64,000 nucleotides of DNA from Macrostomum lignano (Eukaryota): NCBI GenBank assembly GCA_002269645.1, contig NIVC01000175.1, positions 682,001 through 746,000 of the forward strand, written 5' to 3'. The first letter of the stretch is position 1, and every line of letters begins with the position of its first letter. The notes under the pieces are model-generated. The model searched no databases. It was not told the origin of the DNA and saw only the letters and a program-made list of their open reading frames with translations. Position numbers and translations under genes: made by a program. Shown in pieces: positions 1 to 12,600 of this stretch.

Positions 1-434
1 TATTTCCGCTAAAATCTAGACTGCAAAGTGTTATGCTTTGGTTGGTGGTCATCAGATGTGAGCAGCGTCTGCATATGAACCCAGGGAACCGAACTTCCCT
101 GGGTCCGTACTCACCTACCCTACTCACCGTTGCGTTGCTATGCAATTGCGTCACCATAATAATTGACAGAATTATTATTTCCAATGTTTCTGTAAATTCT
201 ACCAAAGTTTGTCACGGACTCGTGTGGTCTAAGTCCCAAGTCCAAAGCTTATTATTGAACAAATTAAAGACTAACTAGCTAATAAAAATCTCTTCTAAAA
301 GAAGAGGAAAAACAACTTGAAAATACACCTCAAACATAAGAAGCAAACAATAAAGCCACTTACTTCATCCAAGCCATCACACCCGTCAATAGTGAACGTG
401 GAGGGGTTGGCGGGCAAGCCGTGACCAGAGACGC

Positions 435-469
435 CCAATAGAAGCGGTTCAACAATTCATTCCCATTGG
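435..469. promoter_or_regulatory. Opposed CCAAT boxes upstream of TIKI (possible bidirectional promoter)
   Basis: CCAAT at 435..439 and ATTGG at 465..469, about 200 nt before the TIKI ATG. Confidence 0.25.
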
Positions 470-670
470 CTCACGGAAATTCCACAGCCGTCTCTTGCCT
501 GGCTGTCCCCGTCCCCCAATTTTCTGTCCAATTTTTGCACCTGCAGAAGCCGCGCTGCAATTCTGAAGACAAAACACGATTTTGCTCAGCAATTATGTTG
601 TAAAATGAGACTGTTGTCTTTGTTGAGATGAAGCGATGAGACTGATCGAGAGCTACAGCTCCAACGAAAG

Positions 671-3600
671 ATGCGTCAGTATAGCGTTCTTGCTTTAAGT
701 CTGCTTCTGGTGGGCCTTCTGCTTTTAGCAGCAGCAAGCGACGGGTTGCCTATGAGAACAGATGAGACGAATCGAGACGATTGCAGCCAGGTAAGACCAA
801 GAGTTCAACTTGCTAATTTGAATAGGGTGGTGGGTGGCTCAGACAGTGAACAGAACTCATAAAATTCTGAGCTTCCCTGAACTTGTCCGAGCGTGTCCGC
901 GCTTGTCCGCGCTTTTTCCTATCTTTGTCCGAGCTTTTCAGCTAGAAAAAAAACTCACTAAAGAGGCAGGAATTGAACAGCTGAACTTTTGTTTCGCCGG
1001 CGCCAGAATAGAACTCAGGATTTACTCAGTGAAGGCGCCAAAATAGAACTCATGGAAGGCGCCAGAATAGAACTCAGGATAGGCGCCAGAATAGAACTCA
1101 TGGAAGGCGCCAGAATAGAACTCATGGAAGGCGCTAGAATAGAACTCATGGAAGGCGCCAGAATAGAACTCATGGAAGGCGCCAGAATAGAACTCATGGA
1201 AGGCGCCAGAATAGAACTCATGGAAGGCGCCAGAATAGAACTCACGGAAGGCGCCATGCAGATTAAAAGTCGCCAAAAAGAAACCCCAAAACGGATCGAA
1301 GCCTTTTTCAACCAAGCAGAAAAGCAGATTTAGTCAGTTTAAAAATAGCGCATGACTCTAGCTAAAGTGATTCAGTAATTCAATGATTCAGTCCACTCTG
1401 CTTAAATTAAAACTTCAGCGAACCAGCAAGCCCTGTCTTTCTCAATGTGGAAAATCCCCTCCGCCACGGGCTCAAGTGCCGATTTGGGAATTTAAGAGAA
1501 TTGGGAAGAAATTATACCCCAGTGCATAACACTTGACTGTATAACGCAGCCAAAAGACTGCGCAACAAAATCTATAAGTCGACCTCTTTAAGCTAATTCC
1601 CTCCCATTATTTCGTTAAGCACTGCCATTCCCAATCCCCATGGGAGTTTTTTCTGGCGGGGAGGAGAGGGTCGTTTGGGAATCGACCCTAACACATTATA
1701 TACAGAATCTATAGTTAGGGCGAAAGCGGTCCACCAACACGCGAAGGAAATAAAAAGTGTCCTTGAACGGGACCGGTGAGTCGCCTTTTGGGCCTTGACT
1801 GGCAGCTGTCACTCAACCCCGGCCGTCCCCGGGGAGGGAGCCTCGTGCATCCTCTATAGACTCTCCTCGCTTTTGGTCCAGAAATTTTGAGCGCCAGTTG
1901 CACGCGGGGCCGGGGCGAAAGCGCATATACAGCTTGTTGAAGAAGTCCGTCTGGCCCCCGGCTTTTATTTCTTTCACTTCCTCTCTCCATGGCCTACCGG
2001 ACGCCAGGGCCGGACACTGTGGGACTGCAGCTTAATTGTTCTTCAGTTCTCATGGCGCCCCGCCCTGTCCTACCACTTCAAATCAACTCAGGCCTCATAC
2101 AGACTCTCTGCTCGTAGCCTCTTTCTCCTATCTCTCTGCCAGACTGTGACGTCACAATATGAGACTCATATTGAGACTGTAATGCGAAATCTGAGTGGAC
2201 TTCAACTTTCAAGGCTCTTAACTAAATCCAAGTTGGTCCTATATGTATGGTATATGAGTAGTGCTTGCGTCATCTGCTTCAATTCACATCGGGCAAGTAA
2301 AGAAGACGCCTCTGCATGCGTGCTGAGAAGGCACTATTGAACATCGGACGCAGCATCGAAAATACATGTACCCTTATGCCTAATGTTCGATAACACAATG
2401 GAAGAATCTCATGACGTCCACGATGCACCATGAAAGAATCTTGTGACGTTCCGAATGCACCATGGATGACGTCCCGAATGCACCATGGATGACGTCCCGA
2501 ATGCATCATGGATGACGTCCCGAATGCACCATGGATGACGTCCCGAATGCACCATGGATGACGTCCCGAATGCACCATGGATGACGTCCCGAATGCACCA
2601 TGGATGACGTTTCGAATGCATCATGGATGACGTCCCGAATGCACCATGGATGACGTCCCGAATGCACCATGGATGACGTTCCGAATGCACCATGGATGAC
2701 GTCCCGAATGCACCATGGATGACATCCCGAACGCATCATGGATGACGTCCCGAATGCACCATGGATGACGTCTCGAATGCATCATGGATGACGTCCCGAA
2801 TGCACCATGGATGACGTCCCGAATGCACCATGGATGACGTCCCGAATGCATCATGGATGACGTCCCGAATGCACCATGGATGACATCCAGAACGCATCAT
2901 GGATGGCGTCCCGAATGCACCATGGATGATGTCTCGAACGCACGCACAACTGAAGAAAACATAATGACGTGACATGACATCATGACGAACCCTAACAGTC
3001 CTCAAGACGCTCTATTGCAGTCGATAGACTGCCACTCCGTCTTTTAACCAACCGTTCACACCTGCAGAGATCATCCTTACAAGATTACATATAGAGCAGC
3101 TGCATGTCAAATTGGGACAGTCAAATGTCGTGGACCCAACAAGCCACAGCCAGTCCAAAGATTCTAAAACGAATATTGTACCGCCAACCGCCAGCACACA
3201 TCAAAACTCGGCAACTCTGCGACAGCGACCCTTCTTCGCGTCTTCCCTCAATACATGTAGACCGCAGCATGCAGTTTAAAACAATCATTTCATAAAGGCC
3301 CACACACAGATCGTAAAAGTTAGTATTTTTTACAACGACAACAATCGGGCACCGGGCCGGCTTGTAAAGGCTGCAAGCACGAAATTACAAAACACATTCT
3401 TTGGGGCGGACTTGGGTTGCAAAAAATAAATTGAAATTTTCGTGCGCAATACTCTTAATTAAGTGCACTGTGAGAGTTGCAGGTTAACATTAGCAGTGCC
3501 TCTACTCGCTCAGTAATAATGACTCTTTGGGTGGCTGCATGCATGCGGTGCGCCGGAGACCAGAAAATGGACGGAAAACATAACTGTAGTCGACTGAGCT

Positions 3601-6600
3601 TTCTCATAAAAATGATTAAATATAAAAAGTCGTAAGATGAAACTGGGAGTAAGATTCTCAAAGTCTCAAACCCAGATTCATGGAATCACAGGGAGACTAG
3701 ATGTTTCCAATTCTCAGAATCTCAGTGAGACTAGATGTTTCCAATTCTCAGAATCTCAGTGAGACCAGATGTTTTCAATTCTCAGAATCTCAGTGAGACC
3801 AGATGTTTCCAATTCTCAGAATCTCAGTGAGACTAGATGTTTCCAATTCTCAGAAGCTCAAATAGACTAGATGTTCCACTTCTCAGAATCTCAAATAGAT
3901 TAGATGTTTCCAATCCTCAGAATCTCAAAGAGACTAAATGATTCCAATTCTCAGAATCTCAATTACACTAGATAATAGATGTTTCCAATTTTTAGAATCT
4001 CAGTAAGACTAGATGCTTCCAATTCATAGAATCTCAAATAGACTAGATGTTTCCAATTCTCGGAATCTCAAATAGACTAGATGTTTCCGATTCTCAAGAT
4101 CTCAAATAGACTAGATGTTCCAATTCTCAGAATCTCAATTAGACTAGATGTTCCAATTCTCAGAATCTCAAAAAGGCTAGATGTTTCCAATCCTCAGAAT
4201 CTCAGTGAGACTGGATACTTCTAATTCTCAGAATCTCAATGAGACTAAATGTTTCCAATTCTCAGAATCTCAATTAGATTGGATAATAAATGTTTCCAAT
4301 TTTTAGAATCTCAGTGAGATTAGATGCTTCCAATTCCTAGAATCCCAATGAGACTAGATGTTTTCAGTTCTCAGAATTCCAATTAGATTAGATGTTTCCA
4401 ATTCTCAAAATCTCAGTGAGACTAGATGCTGATTATAGATATTTTTAGATACCTTTTAAATTAGGAGATTAGCAAGATTAGAATAAATTTAAATAATTCC
4501 CTTTCCAAAATAAGCGAAGCTCAATCAATGTGAAAAATCTTTTCTTAGACAAGAGAGCATTGGACTGTGCAATCAGATCAAACTGGAGTGATCAAGTTCA
4601 AAGGGAATATCCGCCACTACGCTATTTAGCGATGAGATCAGATTGAATTGGACCAAATAAAACTGAGAATTGGGTTCACGGCGGTGAACTACACACACAC
4701 ACAGAAGAGCGAGCGGTATCTTTTGATCTCGCCAAGTGGGCGAAGTGAGGAACGAAGTGTTTTTTAAAGGAAATCTTGATTAGGTTTTTTGCATAGGATC
4801 AAATGACGGCGAGGCAATTTTGGTCACGCAAATTCATTTTCTTTAGTTTTTTTTTCACTTTCACTTAAAAAGGGGGACGGTTGCCTAATGTCGACCTTGG
4901 CGTCTTCTTGTCGGCTTATTTTGTTTAAAATGGATCTGTCCATTTATTTTTTTCTCTGTGCACTGGACATTGGGAACGAGGCGGTTTTGCATGGTCACGT
5001 GATTTCGCCCTAGTTTATGTCACCGCTGTGTTGTGCAATGCCATTTAGAAAATGGCCTCGTGTATTAGCCAGTGAAGCAGGGAGATCTTTAAATACAACA
5101 TCTGGAGTGCTAGCTATTTAGGCTGGTAGTTTTATTTTATGGAACGTTGAACATTTTGACATATTTTAAATTAAAACAAATATTATTTCATTTATGTAGA
5201 AGTCTTGAGTATTTATCATTCAGAATTATAAAAAAAATAAAAACAATATAATCGTTTTTTGTTATAATGTTTGCATTCTTTTCGTTTTCCAGCATTATTA
5301 GTCTTTGGTGTCATATTTTAAAAATGAATTAAAACGATTTATACAACTATAACCTAAAGTCTTAAAAATTAATTGTTTATTTATAAGCTTTAAAACAAAG
5401 AATATAACAAAAAACTAAAGTTAATTTGTTGCTAATTGGCTCAAAAAATAAAATTATGACTGCATGCTGTTTTCACTCTAGAGTATTACGCTCGTAGTAG
5501 CAATAGCAATTATATAGCCAGTGCTCCATGTCTTTGGCATGGGAGGAAAAACTCCCGTCGAAATCCATTTGCTTTCCCAGCCTAAAAGGCCAGGCTTGCT
5601 TAGGAAATGCATTTCTGGGGGGGGGGGAGAAAGTGGCTGTGCCAACCAACCACTTCAAACAGCCGCTTGCATGCATGGTTTCTTGAAAACATCCATAAGA
5701 AAGGCGACTGTGAAATGGCCACCTCGACTAGCAATTTGCGTCAAAGTCCGATCCAAGTGCTTTCCTAAGCTAATAGGCATTTTGTATAGGCAAACACGTT
5801 CACGCAAGGCCTCAATTTGTTAAACACAAAGTTTCTACGAGTAAAACGTTTTTTTGCCTGTGTCGAATGGTTTCCAGTCCCCCCAAAAAAATCGGTAGAC
5901 CTGATTTACTTTCTTTCCTGTTGACTTTAGATTAGATAAATTCTTCATAATCTTCTTTTGAAAGCTTTGACTTTGTAGAATAAATACAGAAATACAATTT
6001 GGTAAAATTGGTAATCACTGAGGGCTGCAACGGTTCGTGGGAATATTCTGCGTAAACATTGCCTTTTGCATGGTGTTCCTGTAAACAGCTAAATTGTTAA
6101 CTTAGCATTTATGGCGAAATTTCGCATTTCTGTCTCTTCACCTTTATCTTCTTAGCTCTCCCTTCTCCCTATCCATCTCCCTCTCTCCCTCTCCCTCTCT
6201 CCCTCCTCTCTCCCTCTCTCTTTTTCTACCTCTCTCCCTCTCTCCCTCTTTCTTCTCTCGCTCTCCCCTCTCTCCCTCTTTCCTCTCTCGCTCTCCCCTC
6301 TCTCCCTCTTTCCTCTCTCGCTCTCCCCTCTTTCCCTCCCCTCTCTCTTGCCCCTCTCTCCCTCTCCCCCCTCTCCCTCTCCCCTCTCTCCCTCTCTCCC
6401 ACTCCCCTCTCTCCCTCTCCTCTCTCCCCTTCTCCCTCTCTCCCTCTTTCCTCTCTCGCTCTCCCCTCTCTCCCTCCCCTCTCTCTTGCCCCTCTCTCCC
6501 TCTCCCCCCTCTCCCTCTCTCCTCTCTCCCTCTCTCCCCTCTCTCCCTCTTTCCTCTCTCGCTCTCCTATCTCTCTCTCTCCATTTCCCTCACCTTCGCA

Positions 6601-9600
6601 TTATCTCACTTTCATCTCAATACGCAGCCAGCCTCTCTATCTACCCCTCATCTGCCCACACCCGCTCCAACCGCCCAGACGAGAAGCTCCTACCTTTGGC
6701 GGATCGATCGCAGCCCGCCAGCCTACCTGCTGGGCACAATTCACGTACCGTACACGGCAGTATGGGACAGCTTGAGTCCCACCGTGCTCAGAGTGCTCGA
6801 CTCGGTACAGTCGGTGCATCCCGAGCTCGACCTGACCAGGCCGGAGACACTGGCGGAGTTGACCAGGTGTCAGATGATTGAGGATGACCGAACTCAGCTG
6901 GAGGATCTGCTGCCAGATGGCATGGTGGATCGGTGAGTCAGTATGGGGATTCCAGATGGGTCAGGGATGGGGATTCTATGTGGGTCAGGGATTCTCGATG
7001 AGTCAGGGATGGGGATTCTAGATGGGTCAGGGATGGGGATTCTATGTGGGTCTGGGATTCTAGATGAGTCAGGGATGGGGATTCTAGATGAGTCAGGGAT
7101 GGGGATTCTAGATGAGTCAGGGATGGGGATTCTAGATGGGTCAGGGATGGGGATTCTATGTGGGTCAGGGATGGGGATTCTAGATGGGTCAGGGATGGGG
7201 ATTCTAAGTGGGTCAGGGATTGGGATTCTAAGTGGGTCAGGGATTGGGATTCTAAGTGGGTCAGGGATTGGGATTCTAAGTGGGTCAGGGATTGGGATTC
7301 TAAGTGGATCAGAGATTGGGATTCTAAGTGGATCAGGGATGGGGATTCTAAGTGGGTCAGGGATGGGGATTCTAAGTGGGTCAGGGATTGGGATTCTAAG
7401 TGGGTCAGGGATGGGGATTCTAAGTGGGTCAGGGATTGGGATTCTAAGTGGGTCAGGGATGGGGATTCTAAGTGGGTCAGGGATTGGGATTCTAAGTGGG
7501 TCAGGGATTGGAATTCTAAGTGGGTCAGGGATTGGGATTCTAAGTGGGTCAGGGATTGGGATTCTAAGTGGGTCAGGGATTGGGATTCTAAGTGGGTCAG
7601 GGATTGGGATTCTAAGTGGGTCAGGGATGGGGATTCTAAGTGGGTCAGGGATTGGGATTCTAAGTGGGTCAGGGATTGGGATTCTAAGTGGGTCAGGGAT
7701 TGGGATTCTAAGTGGGTCAGGGATTGGGATTCTAAGTGGGTCAGGGATTGGGATTCTAAGTGGGTCAGGGATTGGGATTCTAAGTGGGTCAGGGATTGGG
7801 ATTCTAAGTGGGTCAGGGATTGGGATTCTAAGTGGGTCAGGGATGGGGATTCTATGTGGGTCAGGGATGGGGATTCTAGATGGGTCAGGGATGGGGATTC
7901 TAAGTGGGTCAGAGATGGGGATTCTAAGTGGGTCAGGGATTGGGATTCTAAGTGGGTCAGGGATTGGGATTCTAAGTGGGTCAGGGATGGGGATTCTAAG
8001 TGGGTCAGGGATTGGGATTCTAAGTGGGTCAGGGATTGGGATTCTAAGTGGGTCAGGGATTGGGATTCTAAGTGGGTCAGGGATTGGGATTCTAAGTGGG
8101 TCAGGGATTGGGATTCTAAGTGGGTCAGGGATTGGGATTCTAAGTGGGTCAGGGATTGGGATTCTAAGTGGGTCAGGGATTGGGATTCTAAGTGGGTCAG
8201 GGATTGGGATTCTAAGTGGATCAGAGATTGGGATTCTAAGTGGATCAGGGATGGGGATTCTAAGTGGGTCAGGGATGGGGATTCTAAGTGGGTCAGGGAT
8301 TGGGATTCTAAGTGGGTCAGGGATGGGGATTCTAAGTGGGTCAGGGATTGGGATTCTAAGTGGGTCAGGGATGGGGATTCTAAGTGGGTCAGGGATTGGG
8401 ATTCTAAGTGGGTCAGGGATTGGGATTCTAAGTGGGTCAGGGATTGGGATTCTAAGTGGGTCAGGGATTGGGATTCTAAGTGGGTCAGGGATTGGGATTC
8501 TAAGTGGGTCAGGGATTGGGATTCTAAGTGGATCAGAGATTGGGATTCTAAGTGGGTCAGGGATTGGGATTGGGAAGACATTTCTTAATCCATTGGACCT
8601 GAAAAATGACCTGCTGTTAAACTAAAGCCTGCATGTAAGATTTTGATAGGATAATTAGTTCGTTCTCATGTCGGCTATTAATCTTCTTTTAATATTCTCG
8701 AAGTTTCTGCTTCCCTTAAAGGAATAATTTCCTTTACTTGACCTTTCTTTGACCTCTTTGACTTCGACTGAGTTGTAGAACAGCAGTTTTTGACCGATAA
8801 AGAGATTGATAGGCTTGAACATTTTGATGGATTTCGGTTGTACAAGCAATATTAAGTTCCCTAATATGATATCACGATCGGGAAAAACTGCCGTCGAAAT
8901 GTGGTTTCAAGAAAAATTTAGGAGAAATATAGTACGTTGTGGGATACCGACAAACCCTTTTTAGTATATTGGATATAAAAAATATGAGGATAGTAAACAT
9001 TGTGTAGACAGAATGAAAAATTCCAAGGGAATATGAAATTCAGAAAGGAATGTGAAATATTCGGAAGGGGAATGTGCGATTCAAAGGGAATGTGAAATTC
9101 AAGGAGAATGCGAAATTCAGGGGGAATTTTTATTTCAGTGGAATGTGAAATTCAGAGGGGATGTAAAATTCAGGGGAATGTGACATTCAGAGGGGATGTG
9201 AGATTCAGGGGAATGTGAAATTCAGGGGAATGTGAAATTCAAGGGGAATGGGAAATTCAAGGGGAATGTGACATTCAAGGGGAATGTGACATTCAAGGGG
9301 AATGTGACATTCAAGGGGAATGTGACATTCAGGGAAATGTGACATTCAAGGGGAATGTGACATTCAGGGAAATGTGACATTCAAGGGGAATTTGACATTC
9401 AGGGAAATGTGACATTCAGGGAAATGTGACATTCAGGGAAATGTGATATTCAGGGAAATGTGACATTCAGGGAAATGTGACATTCAGGGAAATGTGACAT
9501 TCAGGGAAATGTGAAATTCAGAGGGGGAATATGAAATTCGAACTCGTGAGCCCTAAATCACCGCCTGACCAACCCCCCCCCCCACCCGCAGCATTGCCAC

Positions 9601-12600
9601 CTACTTAGCCTCGATGTCTCAGCGCCTATCAGATCCGCGCCAATCGAGCGCGCTCAGCGCCCAGACCAGCGGTTGGCGCCGGCGCCGCCCAATCTGGTTG
9701 GCACTCAATTTGGCCTCGCTGACCCCGGCTGACCTCGCGGCCTTCGGCACCGCACCGATGGATGTACACCTGACCCAGCGGGCAGCCCGCCGAGGCCAGC
9801 AGGTGCTGCCGCTGGAGTCGGCCCAGGACCAGTGCCGGCCGCTGAACTCCGTGCCTCGAGATGAAGCCGCCCTGGCCCTGCGGCTGACTCTCCAGCATCT
9901 GGAACAAAGACTCAAGGCGAATCAATTCAATGGTGGCAACAAAACCAGCGATCTCGTTAGCGACTATCGCTGCGGCAGACTCGGACCTGCTGTAGTCAAT
10001 GCCAGCTTCTTGCCAGATGAAGCCGTGAGAAGTCTGTCTGGCAGAGAGCTACTGCTGTACCAGCGACTGGCGAGGCGCCTGCGGAGGTCGCTGATGCGGC
10101 TGAGGGATCTGAGAATGGCGGAGAGGATTCAGAGGCGTCTGGGGATGAAAGAGGGCCAGTCCATGCTGTTCGCTGTGGGAGTTGGTGAGCGGTTCGGCAT
10201 CAGCTGTTAGATTTTGCGGCTAGATTTTTAATGAGGGTTAGATAGAGCCACTTCACCGGTTAGATGTTGCGATTCTGTTCGCGTGTTAGACAGGGGATAG
10301 TGTCACACCTGTTAGACAGGGGATAGTGTCACACCTGTTAGACAGGAGCTAGTGTCACACCTGTTAGACAGGGGATAGTGTCACACCTGTTAGACAGGGG
10401 ATAGTGTCACACCTGTTAGACAGGGGATAGTGTCACACCTGTTAGACAGGGGATAGTGTCACACCTGTTAGACAGGGGATAGTGTCACACCTGTTAGACA
10501 GGGGATAGTGTCACACCTGTTAGACAGGGGATAGTGTCACACCTGTTAGACAGGGGATAGTGTCACACCTGTTAGACAGGGGATAGTGTCACACCTGTTA
10601 GACAGGGGTTTGGGTTCACCTGTTAGCCAGGGGTTTGGGTTCACGTGTTAGACAGGGGTTTAACACGTGAGACAGGTCCATAAGCAGCACGATCGCGCAC
10701 CCGCAGGCCACCTGCTCCCCAGTGAGCACAGTGTTGTGGCCCATCTGAGATCGGCAAATTTCAGCCTGCAGCTGCTGCCCTGGAATGACACGGAGCAGCG
10801 GTTAGACGGGATCTCCGGAACGTTCGGTCCGTCAAACAATCGACGTCCCATAGAATTCCCCAGCTACCCGAACTCCAGGTGGAGGTGAGCTGCTGATTCT
10901 GCGTTGATAGATACCAGTTATTATCACTATTGGGCTGTTGGGGCAGCCTAATAGACACCGTTAGAGATACTGTCAGACAGACTGTAAGCCTGTCAGACAT
11001 ACTGTAAGCCTGTCAGACATACTGTAAGCCTGCCAGACATACTGTAAGCTTGTCAGACATACTGTAAGCCTGTGATACATACTGTAGGCCTGTCAGACAT
11101 ACTGTAAGCCTGTGATACATACTGTAGGCCTGTCAGACATACTGTAAGCCTGTGATACATACTGTAAGCCTGTCAGACATACTGTAAGCCTGTCAGACAT
11201 ACTGTAAGCCCTTCAGACATACTGTAAGCCTGTCAGACAGACTGTTAGCCTGTCAGACAGACTGTAAGCCTGTCAGACATACTGTAAGCCTGTCAGACAT
11301 ACTGTAAGCCTGCCAGACATACTGTAAGCTTGTCAGACATACTGTAGGCCTGTCAGACATACTGTAAGCCTGTCAGACATACTGTAAGCCTGTCAGACAT
11401 ACTGTAAGCCTGTCAGACATACTGTAAGCCTGTCAGACATACTGTAGGCCTGTCAGACATACTGTAAGCCTGTCAGACATACTGTAAGCCTGTCAGACAT
11501 ACTGTAAGCCTGTCAGACATACTGTAAGCCTGTCAGACATACTGTAAGCCCTTCAGACATACTGTAAGCCCTTCAGACATACTGTAAGCCTGTCATACAT
11601 ACTGTAAGCCTGTCAGACATACTGTAAGCCTGTCAGACATACTGTAAGCCTGTCAGACATACTGTAAGCCTGTCAGACATACTGTAAGCCTATCAGACAT
11701 ACTGTAAGCCTGTCAGACATACTGTAAGCCTATCAGACATACTGTAAGCCTGTCAGACATACTGTAAGCCTGTCAGACATACTGTAGGCCTGTCAGACAT
11801 ACTGTAAGCCTGTCAGACATACTGTAAGCCTGTCATACATACTGTAAGCCTGTCAGACATACTGTAAGCCTGTCAGACATACTGTAAGCCTGTCAGACAT
11901 ACTGTAAGCTTGTCAGACATACTGTAAGCCTGTCAGACATACTGTAAGCCTGTCAGACATACTGTAGGCCTGTCAGACATACTGTAAGCCTGTCAGACAT
12001 ACTGTAAGCCTGTCAGACATACTGTAAGCCTGTCAGACGTACTGTAAGCCTGTCAGACATACTGTAAGCCTGTCAGACATACTGTAAGCCTGTCAGACAT
12101 ACTGTAGGCCTGTCAGACATACTGTAAGCCTGTCAGACATACTGTAGGCCTGTCAGACATACTGTAGGCCTGTCAGACGTACTGTAGGCCTGTCAGACAT
12201 ACTGTAGGCCTGTCAGACATACTGTAGGCCTGTCAGACATACTGTAGGCCTGTCAGACAGGCTGGTGTAAAACGCTCAAGCCCCGCCAACGGCTCCCTAA
12301 GGTACCCAGACCGTCAGCGAGAATCCGAGAGTCAAGCAGAAAAAGACATCTGGGAGGAAGCCAAGAAGTTCGCCCGTCAGAGATGGGAACAATTAAAAGC
12401 CGAACGAGTCGAGTAAGCATATTTTTATTGTCTACATTTTGAGCAATAGTTAAAAAACGATTCTACAAAATGAAATCTTTCTTTTTTGCAGTCAGGAAGA
12501 AAGCTCTGAGCCTTCATCGACATCATTTGAGCAGTCCAAATCTGGATCTCAGAATCTCATCAATACTGCTAAATTATGTCTAGCAGATCGACTTCTGACA

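Noticed and set aside
1676-1760. tRNA B-box-like GGGTCGATTCCC on the minus strand
   Set aside because: No convincing A-box, cloverleaf or acceptor stem.
3004-3303. Short overlapping ORFs in TIKI intron 1
   Set aside because: No recognisable motif and no phase-compatible splice pair to include them in TIKI.
6938-8625. 476-560 aa ORFs (SGSGIGIL, SLTHLESQ, WVRDWDSK repeats)
   Set aside because: Translations of a stop-free 24-bp array inside TIKI intron 2, open in several frames on both strands, with no unique domain.
5519-8900. hAT-like single termini (GTAGACCTG ~5903, AGGGCTGCAAC ~6022) and a shared 20-mer at ~5544 and ~8881
   Set aside because: No matching second TIR or TSD found; probably decayed fragments that cannot be delimited.
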